Assembly (NCBI GenBank): GCA_043809585.1
Contig: JBDROZ010000069.1
Span: 1-64,000, forward strand
DNA: 64,000 nt
Direction of reading: 5' to 3'
From: Candidatus Eiseniibacteriota bacterium
GTDB lineage: Bacteria; Orphanbacterota; Orphanbacteria; Orphanbacterales; Orphanbacteraceae
Shown: positions 10,425 to 20,400 of the stretch, in pieces
Numbering within the stretch: position 1 is the first letter of the stretch
Layout: the number at the start of each line of letters is the position of its first letter
The notes under the pieces: model-generated
The model's database searches: none
Seen by the model: only the letters and a program-made list of their open reading frames with translations
Told to the model about the DNA's origin: nothing
Made by a program: the position numbers and the translations under genes

Positions 10425-10605
10425 GGCATCACCGTGTTCAACCCGGTCGTCAAGTCCGGCGTCAAGCCGACCGACCGGGTCGGCGTGACCGGCATCGGCG
10501 GACTCGGGCACTTCGCGCTGCAGTTCCTCTCCGAGTGGGGCTGCGAGGTGACCGCCTTCACATCGACCGGCGCCAAGGCGGAGGAGGCCCTGCGCATGGG
10601 GCGCC
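10425..10605 (+). pseudogene. Internal fragment of a Zn-dependent (Ahr/CAD-like) alcohol dehydrogenase
   Basis: GITVFNP...[16 protein letters not shown]...WGCEVTAFT Rossmann segment, with no N- or C-terminal domain. Confidence 0.75.
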
Positions 10606-10635
10606 CTTCGTCGTTTCCGTGTCGTGGTTCCGCCC

Positions 10636-11679
10636 TCAGCGGATCAGCGTGATCTTCCGGCTGATCGCCTCGGCGCCCTTCTCGAGGCGCGTGAAGTAGA
10701 CGCCCGACGGGACTTCGGCGCCCGAGCGATCCCGTCCGTCCCACGTCACGGAGTGTTCCCCCGCGGGCATTCGCCCACGGGCGAGGGTCGCGATCAGCCG
10801 GCCCGAGACGCCGTGAACGGACAGGGAAACGTCGCCCGGTTCCGGAAGAACGTAGCGGATCGTCGTCGACGGGTTGAACGGGTTGGGCGCGTTCGGACCG
10901 AGAACGAGACGGAGCGGGACCGCCCCTTCGTCGACACTCACGTCGTTCGCCCTGAGCGGCGCGCTCCACCCCTGGCGAATCCTCTTGTTGCTCGTCTGCT
11001 GCACGAAAACGTGGTTCACCAGCCCGTCGGGATCGACGGCCGAATCGGGAATGGCGTAGGACCAGTCGAAGTGGAGGGAATCGCCAAGGCGGAGATACAT
11101 CTCGTCGGTGGTGATCACGAAGTCCCGCATCGGGTAGTGGAACGTGCCTTCCCGAACCTCGACGACCGATTCGGTCGCCACGAGATAAATCTGCTGGCCG
11201 CCGGACATCGTCTCTTCCACGATCACGTCGAAGCTCACGAAGACCGAATCGTCGGTCCTGTACTGGTCCGCCTCGATCCGGAGCGGGCTCGGGACGGCGA
11301 GAAGACTGTCGACGGTGCTCCGGAAGTACTCGTAGAACGCGTCCTCGTCGGGAAAGTCGTACAGGTCCTTCAGATTCCTGCCGTCGAAACGGAGGGTGGG
11401 AACGTAGTTCACGCCGTAGAAGTTGCGGCGGTTCATGGCGTCCACCGGATTCCACAGGAACATGGGATCCAAGGGACTCGGCCAGTAGACGTGGATGCGG
11501 ATCGGAGCAACCTGCCCCGCGTACGACTCAAAGATCGCATTCATGCTGTCTTTGATCGCATTGCAGCCCGCTCAGTCGACGTTGGTGAAGTCCTCGACCG
11601 TCACCATCCGCTGCACCGCGAGCACAGGAGCCCCGACCGACAACAATGTGGCAAGCGCCAACACCATTCGAAGCGCCAA
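10636..11679 (-). CDS. Secreted Omp28/thioredoxin-like protein with FlgD-type C-terminal domain; probable selenoprotein (in-frame TGA 11574-11572)
   Basis: AAGGAGG RBS, TTG start, signal peptide, then [13 protein letters not shown] in frame with the 302-aa ORF ([19 protein letters not shown] tail). Confidence 0.85.
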
Positions 11680-11864
11680 TGGACCGCCTCCTTGTCGAAG
11701 GACGACAATCGGACTCGAGGGGGGGAAGCTTCTTCAGTATACCACGAGGAGGCCGATTTCGGGGGAAATCGGCCCCCTGGGGCGATCCGCGCCCGCATCT
11801 CCCGTGAAATAAAGGGTTGCCGCGGCGCGCCGGGGCTTCCGGCGGAATACCCCGCGGCCTCAAG

Positions 11865-14390
11865 TCAGTAGTACAGCTCGATCAGGAAGGGGAACTCCCG
11901 ATCCTCGGGGTTGGCCAGGCACGCTTCGCGGAGCGCCTCGAGGCCGCGCGGGTGGTCGCCGGCGAGCCGGTGACGGAGGCTCTCCGTCAGCAGCCGGTTC
12001 CCGCGAACGAACCTCGCCATCCTCTCCGGGTCGCCGATATCCCGGAAGACCCGGTCCACATCGCCGCGGTTCTCCATGAGGAACGACAAGTTCCGGCCGA
12101 TGTTCTCCTCGTTCAGGCAGGCCGCGTCGAAGAACTCGGTGTAGGAGCGGTCGTCCGAATTGATGCCGCTCCCGGTTCCGAGCTCTCGGATCGTCTCGCC
12201 GTCGAGCATGAGGGTCGCCGCCAGGTGGTAGGGGTCGGCGTAGAAGTGCGGGTCAGGGCCGACGGCGGAGACGTTCGCGGACCACTCGTCAAAGGGGATC
12301 GAAACCGGCCCCCGGGACCCGAGAAGCACCGCGTGGTAGTGGCCGAGCCAGACCGCGCAGTTCGGGAATTCGGACCGGAAGGTGGCGATGAGGCCGAGAA
12401 AGTCCTCGGTGCGCAGTTTGTGGAGCGGGAGATACTGGGAGACCATCCCCCCGGGGTTCAGCCGTGCCTTGCATAGGGCGAAGTACTCTTTCGTGTAGAG
12501 ATTCCCCGAGCCGAGGATCGGGTGGGTCGGATCGCACGAGATCAGGTCGTAGGTCTTCTCCGTCCGCCTGAGATAGTGCCTGCCGTCGCCCGGGATCAGC
12601 GCCAGCCTCGGGTCGTCCTCGACGCCCCGGTTCAGGTCCCGGTAGTGGAAGGCCGCGTCGAGGAGGCCGGGAACGAGCTCGACGCACTCGATCGACTCCA
12701 CCTCCGGATGGGAGGCGATGGCGGATGTCGTCACGCCGATGCCGAACCCGATGACGAGCGCGTCCCGGCACTCGAGGCCGAGAAAGAAGGGAAGGTGCCC
12801 CACCATCTTCACCACCTTGACGGCGTCGTAGCTCGAGCCGATCACGGCGCTGTTGTTGACGTAGGTCTGTTTCGTCCCCCCCCGTCCCCGCTCACGCCCG
12901 ACCGAGAGCGTCCCCTCCACCGACTCCCGGTAGAAGAGGACCTCATACCCGAAACGGCTGAACGAGGGGGGAAGAATCCTTACGGGCGGCAGGAAGAGAA
13001 TGAGAGCCACGAGGAGGGTGGCGACGCCGTAGCCCGCGGCCCGGAGTACCGGCGAGCGCCGGGAGTTCCCCAGGCGGAGGATGAAAACCGCGGCGACCGT
13101 CAAGAGCAGGAGAACCGCGAGCACCGATCGGGCGGCGCCGAGCAGGGGCAACAAGACGAAAGCCGCGAGGACCGGGCCGATCACCGCTCCGATCGTGTTG
13201 ACCGTGAGGACCCGCCCGACGTCTTCGCCGATGCGCCGTCGATCTTCGCTCGCCATGCGACAGGCGAGGGGGAAGGCGTAGCCGGAAAAGAGAGCGGGCG
13301 GGAAGACGACGATCAGGGAGACTACCAGGGGAAGCAGGAAGGTCCGGACCATGGGGTCGGAGAGGGGGGCCTGGAAGGGGAAGAGGATGAGCCGGGGGAG
13401 GTCGACAAGAAGGAGAAGGCCGGCCGCCGTGGATGCCCCGAGAAGAACGAGAACACGGAGCATCGACGCCGGATGGTCTTCGATCGCGGGGCCCCGGCAC
13501 CGGAAGAAGGCGCTCCCCGTGAAGAGCCCGAGGACCACGAGGGAGGAGACGAGGGCGAAGGTGTAGCTCGTGTTTGTCAGGTAGACGCGAAACACCCGCA
13601 TCCAGAGCACCTGCAGGGCGAGGAGGGCGAGGCCGCAGGCGAAGGTTCCGGTGAACGCAATGGACCGCGAGACGGAACCGCCCGGCTCTCGAATTCCCGG
13701 GGCCCGGCCGGCCTCGGTCTTCTCCACGGGCGGCGCGCTCCGGGCGCTCTCCGGAACCGCCCGCCCCGGCCTGGTCGCCAGCAAGAGCCCGAGGGCGAGG
13801 TCGACGGCCACGGCGAGGGCCATGGTGTTCCGGAGGCCGAGGGTTCCGAGCAGGAGAAAGCCCGCCGCGAGACCCCCCGCGGCGCTCCCGAGGGTCTCGA
13901 GCGCGTAAAGCCGGCCGAGCCCGGCGGGGATCGAACCGCCGCCACCGATCGAGATGGCGCTGGCCACCGGGAACATTCCGCCCATGAAGAGGGCGGGGAG
14001 AAAGAGAAGGGCCGCGGCGAGTAGGAAGACGATCGCCTCGATCGCCGGCGGCGGCAGGCCGGGCGCGAGCGCGCCGTAGAGGACGGGGAGGACGCCGGTG
14101 ACGAGAATCGAGGCGAGGGCGCCGAGAAAGCCGGTACCCGCGAGGAGAAGCGCGAGAAGCCGGGCCGGCCGGGCCGTCCGGTGGACCGCACGCCCCCACA
14201 ACCAGGCCCCTCCCCCGAACCCGGCCATGAAGGAGGCGAGAACGATCGTGGACGCCGTGACGGTCGATCCGAGAACGAGGGAGAGAAGGCGGTTCCAACC
14301 GACCTCGTAGAGGAGAAACGAAAACCCGGCGAGAAAGACGACGAGATTGATCGTCACGGGCCGCCCGTGGTTGTCCCCTGCCTTGCTCAT
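11865..14390 (-). CDS. Membrane-fused spermidine-synthase-like protein
   Basis: Two multi-TM repeats (LLYEVGWNR, LYALETLGS) plus ALVIGFGIG, VELVP, GDGRHYL and YDLISCD. Confidence 0.85.
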   Translation of the reverse strand: MSKAGDNHGRPVTINLVVFLAGFSFLLYEVGWNRLLSLVLGSTVTASTIVLASFMAGFGGGAWLWGRAVHRTARPARLLALLLAGTGFLGALASILVTGVLPVLYGALAPGLPPPAIEAIVFLLAAALLFLPALFMGGMFPVASAISIGGGGSIPAGLGRLYALETLGSAAGGLAAGFLLLGTLGLRNTMALAVAVDLALGLLLATRPGRAVPESARSAPPVEKTEAGRAPGIREPGGSVSRSIAFTGTFACGLALLALQVLWMRVFRVYLTNTSYTFALVSSLVVLGLFTGSAFFRCRGPAIEDHPASMLRVLVLLGASTAAGLLLLVDLPRLILFPFQAPLSDPMVRTFLLPLVVSLIVVFPPALFSGYAFPLACRMASEDRRRIGEDVGRVLTVNTIGAVIGPVLAAFVLLPLLGAARSVLAVLLLLTVAAVFILRLGNSRRSPVLRAAGYGVATLLVALILFLPPVRILPPSFSRFGYEVLFYRESVEGTLSVGRERGRGGTKQTYVNNSAVIGSSYDAVKVVKMVGHLPFFLGLECRDALVIGFGIGVTTSAIASHPEVESIECVELVPGLLDAAFHYRDLNRGVEDDPRLALIPGDGRHYLRRTEKTYDLISCDPTHPILGSGNLYTKEYFALCKARLNPGGMVSQYLPLHKLRTEDFLGLIATFRSEFPNCAVWLGHYHAVLLGSRGPVSIPFDEWSANVSAVGPDPHFYADPYHLAATLMLDGETIRELGTGSGINSDDRSYTEFFDAACLNEENIGRNLSFLMENRGDVDRVFRDIGDPERMARFVRGNRLLTESLRHRLAGDHPRGLEALREACLANPEDREFPFLIELYY

Positions 14391-14604
14391 CCTGAAGCTC
14401 CGCTGTTGAATCGGATCCGATCCTCAGGGTATCAGGAAAGAAGGCAAAAGCGAAACGGGGACCGGCGAGCGGCCGGCCTTAACCTCGATCTTTCATAAAA
14501 TCGAGGCAACGGACTTGGCCTCTCATATGGGATCTTCCCGGTGGTTATCCAAACAAACGACTTTGTCAAAGTCCATATAACACCCTATCTTGGTTTTGTG
14601 TTGT

Positions 14605-14636
14605 AGTGAGTGGGGTTTTGAAGAACCCCACTCACT
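14605..14636. terminator. Hairpin downstream of the cargo genes
   Basis: AGTGAGTGGGGTT-ttgaag-AACCCCACTCACT. Confidence 0.6.
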
Positions 14637-14653
14637 TTCCACAGCTATATGTA

Positions 14654-14875
14654 CTACGTATGCGCCGGATCGTCATCAAGGACGGGTTGTGGAACAAGAG
14701 GTTGAATGATCGTCCCCCATGCACCTTCCCACCAGTCCACGGCGTCACAACACGCGGGACACCAGTCGCAGAAGGCATCCACCACGTCCCACGGATCATT
14801 GTCTTCGTCGGCCGTCGCTGATTCCACGAAGAGAAGTAACGACCCCAGAAGTACCATCAGAAGGACCAATTTCAT
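14654..14875 (-). CDS. Small secreted acidic Trp/Cys-rich peptide
   Basis: MKLVLL signal peptide, CDWCPACC cluster; start overlaps the upstream ORF stop. Confidence 0.5.
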   Translation of the reverse strand: MKLVLLMVLLGSLLLFVESATADEDNDPWDVVDAFCDWCPACCDAVDWWEGAWGTIIQPLVPQPVLDDDPAHT

Positions 14876-15477
14876 AGCCCTACCCCCCCCTCTACGACGA
14901 GCCGAAATGGCTCGCCTCTATTCGACCATGGAATACCGTTTTGTGACAAAATCGGGACCTGTGCGAACAGATGAATTTGCCACGAGGGACCCTTCCCCTG
15001 GCCGAAGTATGCTCCCCGAAGGGCTTGAACCGGGTCGGTTCCCGGAATCCATTCCGTGACCGCGGTTCGAAGCATCCTTACTTTATTTCCCAGCGGGATC
15101 ACTTGCGGAGTCAGCCATCCTTTCTCATCCGCGTCATAGAGAACGGTAAACAAAGAATCGACTTTCCACTTTTCGCCCTGCCACTCGACATACCACTCAC
15201 CTGCAGGTATCTCAATGACATCACCTTCGACGGCGAATCGTAAAACCACGTGGTCGTTTACCAGTGGGTACATAACATGAGCGGCAAGTACGTAACTGAA
15301 CCTCATTAGTTGGTTCCCGTGATTTCTGTCGGGACCAAAACGCTTGCATCGTTCTTCGATGTACGACTCGTCGAACATGCCGAAGCAGGCCCATTTTCCT
15401 TCGAGATTCGTTTCTACCGTCACTGTTTGCGCCGCTACTTCACCCGCAAAAAGAAATACCAGAAGAACAAGCTTCAC
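14872..15477 (-). CDS. Secreted hypothetical protein
   Basis: AAGGAG RBS, GTG start, MKLVLL...VAA signal peptide. Confidence 0.6.
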   Translation of the reverse strand: MKLVLLVFLFAGEVAAQTVTVETNLEGKWACFGMFDESYIEERCKRFGPDRNHGNQLMRFSYVLAAHVMYPLVNDHVVLRFAVEGDVIEIPAGEWYVEWQGEKWKVDSLFTVLYDADEKGWLTPQVIPLGNKVRMLRTAVTEWIPGTDPVQALRGAYFGQGKGPSWQIHLFAQVPILSQNGIPWSNRGEPFRLVVEGGVGL

Positions 15478-15515
15478 CTTGTCTCCTTTTTACCTATGAC
15501 CATGAAAGATCAAGG

Positions 15516-15590
15516 TTAATCCGGCAAAAAAATCGCGCGGGCGTCAGCGATGTGCACCGGGATTCCCTGTCGGATTAAGGCTGAGGCTAG
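15516..15590. repeat. Short MITE-like repeat abutting the cassette
   Basis: TTAATCCGGC...GTCGGATTAA ends; shares its body with 9727-9775; followed by AGGCTAG. Confidence 0.6.
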
Positions 15591-15765
15591 AACCGGTTTC
15601 ACAACCTCCATTCTACTGCGATCGGCTGCAAGGCCCGGCGGCTGCGTACTCGGGTAAAAACGTCCTCAATGGCCTTCTTAGGCCACTTCCGGGCGTTTTC
15701 CCCCTTGATCCTTGCCGCCGGACCTTTCGCGCGATCTCGCGACGAAGGAGGTTGTGAAACCGATT

Positions 15766-16296
15766 CTAGCCACCCACCTCCCTCTTCAGGATCTGTTTCA
15801 TTATGGCGTTGTAGATCACGCACGGATCGACCGGCTTGGTAAGATAGTCGTCCATGCCGGCCGCCAGGCACCGTTCCTTTCCCTCCTTCTCGGGCACATT
15901 CGTGAGGCCGATAATCGGCACCCGGGGGTTGAGCACCCGGGAGTCCGGGTTCCGGATCGCCCGCGTCGCACCGGGCCCGTCGAGGCGTGGCATCTCCAGG
16001 TCCATGATGACGACTTCATATGGCTGGTATTGCAGGACGAGAAGGGCCTCGGCCCCGTTCATTACGCCCCGCGTCACGCAGCCGTGGGATTCGAGGACGT
16101 GACTGGTCATGCATCGGCTCAGACGGTTGTCGTCGACGACCAGGATCCGGACGCCCTTCAACGAGGATCGTCGCCGGGCACCGTTCGCCGCCTCGAACTG
16201 GCGGTTCGAACCGTCGACCATGTCCGGGCGGTCCTCCGGCGAAGATGGTCCGTTCTCCGCTCCGACAGGCTTCCCGCATTCCTCTTCAGTGTCCAT
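15766..16296 (-). CDS. Stand-alone response-regulator receiver (hybrid-kinase-type REC)
   Basis: ILVVDDN, VVIMDLEMPRLDG, IIGLT, AAGMDDYLTKP. Confidence 0.9.
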   Translation of the reverse strand: MDTEEECGKPVGAENGPSSPEDRPDMVDGSNRQFEAANGARRRSSLKGVRILVVDDNRLSRCMTSHVLESHGCVTRGVMNGAEALLVLQYQPYEVVIMDLEMPRLDGPGATRAIRNPDSRVLNPRVPIIGLTNVPEKEGKERCLAAGMDDYLTKPVDPCVIYNAIMKQILKREVGG

Positions 16297-16942
16297 TTGA
16301 ATCCTCTCGCTCGTTGATCATCGACCGCAGAGTGATGTCTCTTACGGCCCCGAGGCCACGGCCGGCCGCCGACGTTTCGGGAGTGCCGACGATCCGCCAG
16401 GGAGGCCCGGCCGGGAAACACGGATCGGACGGGCCGTGGTTTCCCGTTCGGGCAAGGTGTATTTCCAGGGTCGAGAGTCGAAGATACAGGGGGGTAGAAA
16501 AGGTGCCGGCCCGGGCCAGTCTCGAAAGATCCTCCGAAGTCGAGCTGATCACGCGTCGAATGGCCGGGCGTCCCCCGAACTCTTGATCGGGCTGCTTCTC
16601 GACGAGGTCGAGAAGAAACAGCTGGGCCCACCTCTCGAGGAGATGAACGTGGCTCAGAAAGAGGACGGCCGGCTTGTCCCGGAGAACGGTCCGGAGGGCA
16701 CCCGGGCTCATCCGGTTCAGACGCTGGCCATCGAGGATCATACGGTCTTCCTTCGGATAGGCGTTCTGGAAGAACCGGACTCCCGCCAACACGTTCCCGG
16801 TCAGCAAGACGTTCGCCCGGCAGCGGAGAGCGCGGGACAGTTCCATCATGACCTCCCCCGAGCGCCCTACCTGGTGCGCGGGCATGGGGGTGCGACCGGC
16901 CGGGACTCCGCCGTCCGCGACGATGTAGTCCATTCGATTCAC
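16286..16942 (-). CDS. Degenerate sigma54-activator-like AAA domain protein
   Basis: NVLLTG, LFLSHVHLL...Q..LL, and RVISSTSEDL...GTF...LYLRLS resemble the bEBP core. Walker A Lys, Walker B DE, GAFTGA and HTH are absent. Confidence 0.65.
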   Translation of the reverse strand: MNRMDYIVADGGVPAGRTPMPAHQVGRSGEVMMELSRALRCRANVLLTGNVLAGVRFFQNAYPKEDRMILDGQRLNRMSPGALRTVLRDKPAVLFLSHVHLLERWAQLFLLDLVEKQPDQEFGGRPAIRRVISSTSEDLSRLARAGTFSTPLYLRLSTLEIHLARTGNHGPSDPCFPAGPPWRIVGTPETSAAGRGLGAVRDITLRSMINEREDSNGH

Positions 16943-17028
16943 GTCGGTTTCTTCCTCCCTTCGTGGTTCTCCCGTTCCGGGGCGTAAAAAGGCCAGGACC
17001 GGGACCGCGCCCGCTCCGTGGCCGTACT

Positions 17029-17253
17029 CTATGGATGAGGTTGGGTCGGGTCGTCAGGCTCCGGCCACGGCGGGGGGGACGAAGATAAGTCCCCGGTTTC
17101 CGCGTGGGCGATGGCCACACCCAAGAAACCCGTCGCCCTGCCGTCGGGAGCGAAGACCGATTCCTGGAGGGGAAGAGTCAGAAGCCAGAGGACCACGACG
17201 GTGACGAAGAAGAGGGGAGAGACTCGCCGCACGATCTGCCGGTTTCGTTCCAT
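17029..17253 (-). CDS. Small exported/membrane peptide with Pro/Asp-rich tail
   Basis: AGGAGG RBS, basic N-terminus, hydrophobic helix, AIAHA, then ETGDLSSSPPPWPEPDDPTQPHP. Confidence 0.65.
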   Translation of the reverse strand: MERNRQIVRRVSPLFFVTVVVLWLLTLPLQESVFAPDGRATGFLGVAIAHAETGDLSSSPPPWPEPDDPTQPHP

Positions 17254-17302
17254 AGAATGCCTCCTAATCCGCCGACAAGATCTTGCCGGCTCTTACAGGG
17301 AG

Positions 17303-17318
17303 AGCAAGAACCGTGCGA
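17303..17318 (-). promoter_or_regulatory. Sigma54 (-24/-12)-like promoter
   Basis: TCGCACG-gttc-TTGCT versus consensus TGGCACG-N4-TTGCW; one mismatch, at a conserved G. Confidence 0.5.
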
Positions 17319-17407
17319 ATCTTCACCGAGGTCGAACAGCACAACCCACTATCGGACAACAAGATGTGCCGACATTCGATCCGCGAAAGCGGGGAGTTCT
17401 TCTATGG

Positions 17408-17487
17408 TCGTACGATCGTACGAATTCAAGGGGTTTCCATGCCTTCCGGGGTGACACGTTGTCAACCACTCGTACGATCGTACGAGT
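17408..17487. promoter_or_regulatory. Tandem palindromes, candidate bEBP upstream activating sequences
   Basis: TCGTACGATCGTACGA at 17408-17423 and 17470-17485 (the second extends to a 20-bp perfect palindrome, 17468-17487); 62-bp spacing. Confidence 0.65.
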
Positions 17488-20400
17488 TCATCGGGGGAGG
17501 CAATGGGGGGCGGAATCGATCGAGCCGGTACTTCTTGATCTTCTTCCGCACCGTGCTTTCGTGAATGCCCAGGTGCCGGGCCGCCTTCACATTGTTCCAG
17601 CCCATCCGCGTGAGCGTCTCCCGAAGGATCTGGCTTTCTACTGCGTAGATGTCGCGGAGAAGATCCCGATCTTCCGTTTCGGGGGGCCCTTCGGGGACGC
17701 CGCTTCCGGGGAAGGCGCCCCGCACCTCTTCGGGGAGATGGGCGGGCTCGATGCTGCCCCCCTCGCAGAAGACGACGGCCCGTTCGATCACGTGGTCCAA
17801 TTCCCGGACGTTTCCGGGCCATGAGTACGAGAGGAGCAGGGCCTCAGCGGCGCCCGATATCGTCCGAATCGCCTTGCGATTCCGCCTACGGTGCGCCTCG
17901 AGAAAGCGGCCGGCCAGTTTCGGGATGTCTTCCCGGCGGTTCCGGAGAGGCGGGATCTCGACGGCGACCCCGTTGAGTCGGTAGTAAAGATCGTTCCGGA
18001 ACAATCCCTCCGCGACGAGGGCGGCCAAATCCCGATTCGTCGCGGCGATCAATCGGACATTCGCCCGGAGGGTCTCCGTCCCGCCGAGCCTTTCGAACTC
18101 GCCCTCCTGCAAGACCCGGAGCAGTTTCCCCTGGGCCGGGAGGGGCATGTCGCCGATCTCGTCAAGGAGTAGGGTGCCCCGGTGGGCCCGCTCGAAAATC
18201 CCGGCCTTGCGCTCCCCGGCGTCGGTGAAGGCCCCCTTCTCGTGCCCGAAGAGCTCGTCCTCCACGAGCGTCGGAGCGAGGGCGGAGCAGTTCAATCGAA
18301 GGAACGGTTCGGCTCCGCGTGGACCCTCCCGGTGGAGAAAGCCGGCTCCCATCCCTTTCCCCACTCCCGTCTCACCGAGGAGCAGCACGGCGATGTCGCT
18401 CTTGGCCACGACGCGGAGTTTTCGAAGGACCATTCTCATCGCGTTGCTTTCCGCGACGATTTCCTGCACTTCGTCCCGTCTCCCCACTTCTTCCAGCAGG
18501 AGGGTGTTCTCCCGCTCGTATCGATCGAGAAGGCGCGCGTTCTCGATGGCGATTCCCGCCAGATCGGTCAGCCCTCTCAGGAAGGAGAGGTCGTTCGCGG
18601 AGAAAATGTTCGCCGACCGGCTGCTGTCCAGATAGAGAAGGCCGAGCGGCATCCCCTTCGACCGGATGGTGCTGCAGATGGCGGAGAGGATATTGTAGGT
18701 GGCGACACTCTCGGCCCCCCGGAATCGGGGATCGGCGAGGACGTTGCCGGCCACCAGCGGCTCTTCGCTCCGCTCCGCCTCCTGGAACAGGGTCCGGCTG
18801 AAGCGGGTCACGTCCTGGAGATCCTCCCCCTCGAGAGATCGCGCCGCCCGAGGGACCAGTTCGCCGTCCGGCCCCCGCAGGAGAATGAGGCCCCGGTCCG
18901 CCCGAAGGTGGTCGATCGCCTGATCGAGGGTGTGATCGAGGATGGCCCGGGTGTCCCGCAGGGAGTTGATCACCTCCGCGATGCGGCAGATCGCGCGGAA
19001 GCCCTCGCCGATCTCCCCCTCTCTTCCCGTGAGGAGATCTTTCGCCTCGGCCAGTGCCGGCGGCGGCGTGACCACCCGCACGAGGTCGTAGAGGGATGAG
19101 GCCTCCTCGACGTATCCTCGGGCGCGCCTCTGCCGGCCCTGCCTCGCCGAGACCGCGCCGAGACAGGTCAGGGCTTCGGCCAGATCGAGGCGTGCGCCGA
19201 GGTCCCGGGCGGTCCGCGCCGCATCCCGGAAGAGGGGGGTGGCCGACGACGGGTTTCCCCGGCCCTCTTCGTACCGGCCCCGGAGGAGCGCCGCCCGGCA
19301 GGAGATCCATGGGGACTCGCCGCGCCGCACCGTCGCCCCGAGCCGTTCGAGGTAGGGCCGGGGCGTCCCGCCGTCCGGCCGGTCGAGGGCGACCCGGGCG
19401 AGGAGGATCAGGGTCTCGGCAACCATCATGCGCTCTCCCCGCTCTTCGAAGTGAGTGAGCACCTCTTTCAGTTTATCCTCGGCCTCGTCGAACTTCCGGC
19501 GGAGGTGATCGAGGCGGGCCCGGGATCGTAGAAGCTGGGCCTGGTATCTTCCGCCGTAGCGCTCGCCGAGAACGGATTCGGCTTCTTCCAGAAGCGATTC
19601 CGCCTCCTCCGGCTCCTCCCGGGCGACGTGGGTGAGCGCGAGGAGATGAAGGGCGTCGAAGAGGCCGAACGGATTCCGGCCCATCCGGGCGAGGCCGAGT
19701 CCGCGGGTCAGCATGTCGAGGGAGAGATCGAGCCTCCCTCGTTCCCGCGCCATCTGGCCGAGGGAGAGAAGGGCCCGGACCTGTCCGCCCTCGTCGCCGA
19801 AATCCTCCTGGAACTCGAGGGCCTGTTCGAGGACCCGCGAGGCCTCCTCCGACTTACCCGATCGAAAGAGCACCCGGCCGAGATCCTCGAGGACCCGGGC
19901 CTCCTCGAGCCGGTTTCCGCTTTCCCGGACACGGGTCAGCGCCGTTTCGAGGAGTTTTCGAGCTTCCTCGAGCTTCCCGGTCCAGAGACGGACGAGGGCG
20001 AGGTTCGAAAGCGCCCCGACCGCTTCGGAGGGAGCCGTACGCTCGAGGGAACGGATCGAGCGTTCGAAGAGCTTGCCCGCTTCTCGCCAGTCGCTCTCGT
20101 AGAAGGCGACCGCCCCGAGCCGGTTGAGCAGGTAGCCGCGCAATGCCGATCCCCGGCTCTTACCGATCAGCGACAGGCCGCGGCTGAGATGGTCCCTCGC
20201 CGCTTGCGGCTTCCCCGCGGAGACGGCGAACCATCCGAGATCGTAGTGAATCGTCGCCTCCTCGCTCCGCGGCATTCGCGCGCCCGACAACAGGAGATCC
20301 CCGAGGGTCCGCTCCGCCCGTTCGTGTTCCCCTTGATAGAAACGGATCCACGCCTCGAGACGGCGGGCCTGGCGGACCGGGGGTCCCCCTTCCCGCTCGT

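Larger units (their letters stand above)
14479..15519. mobile_element. Inverted-repeat-bounded cassette with lower-GC cargo
   Basis: TTAACCTCGATCTTTCAT (14479-14496) and ATGAAAGATCAAGGTTAA (15502-15519) are 17/18 inverted repeats. The interior is visibly more AT-rich than the flanks. Confidence 0.6.
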
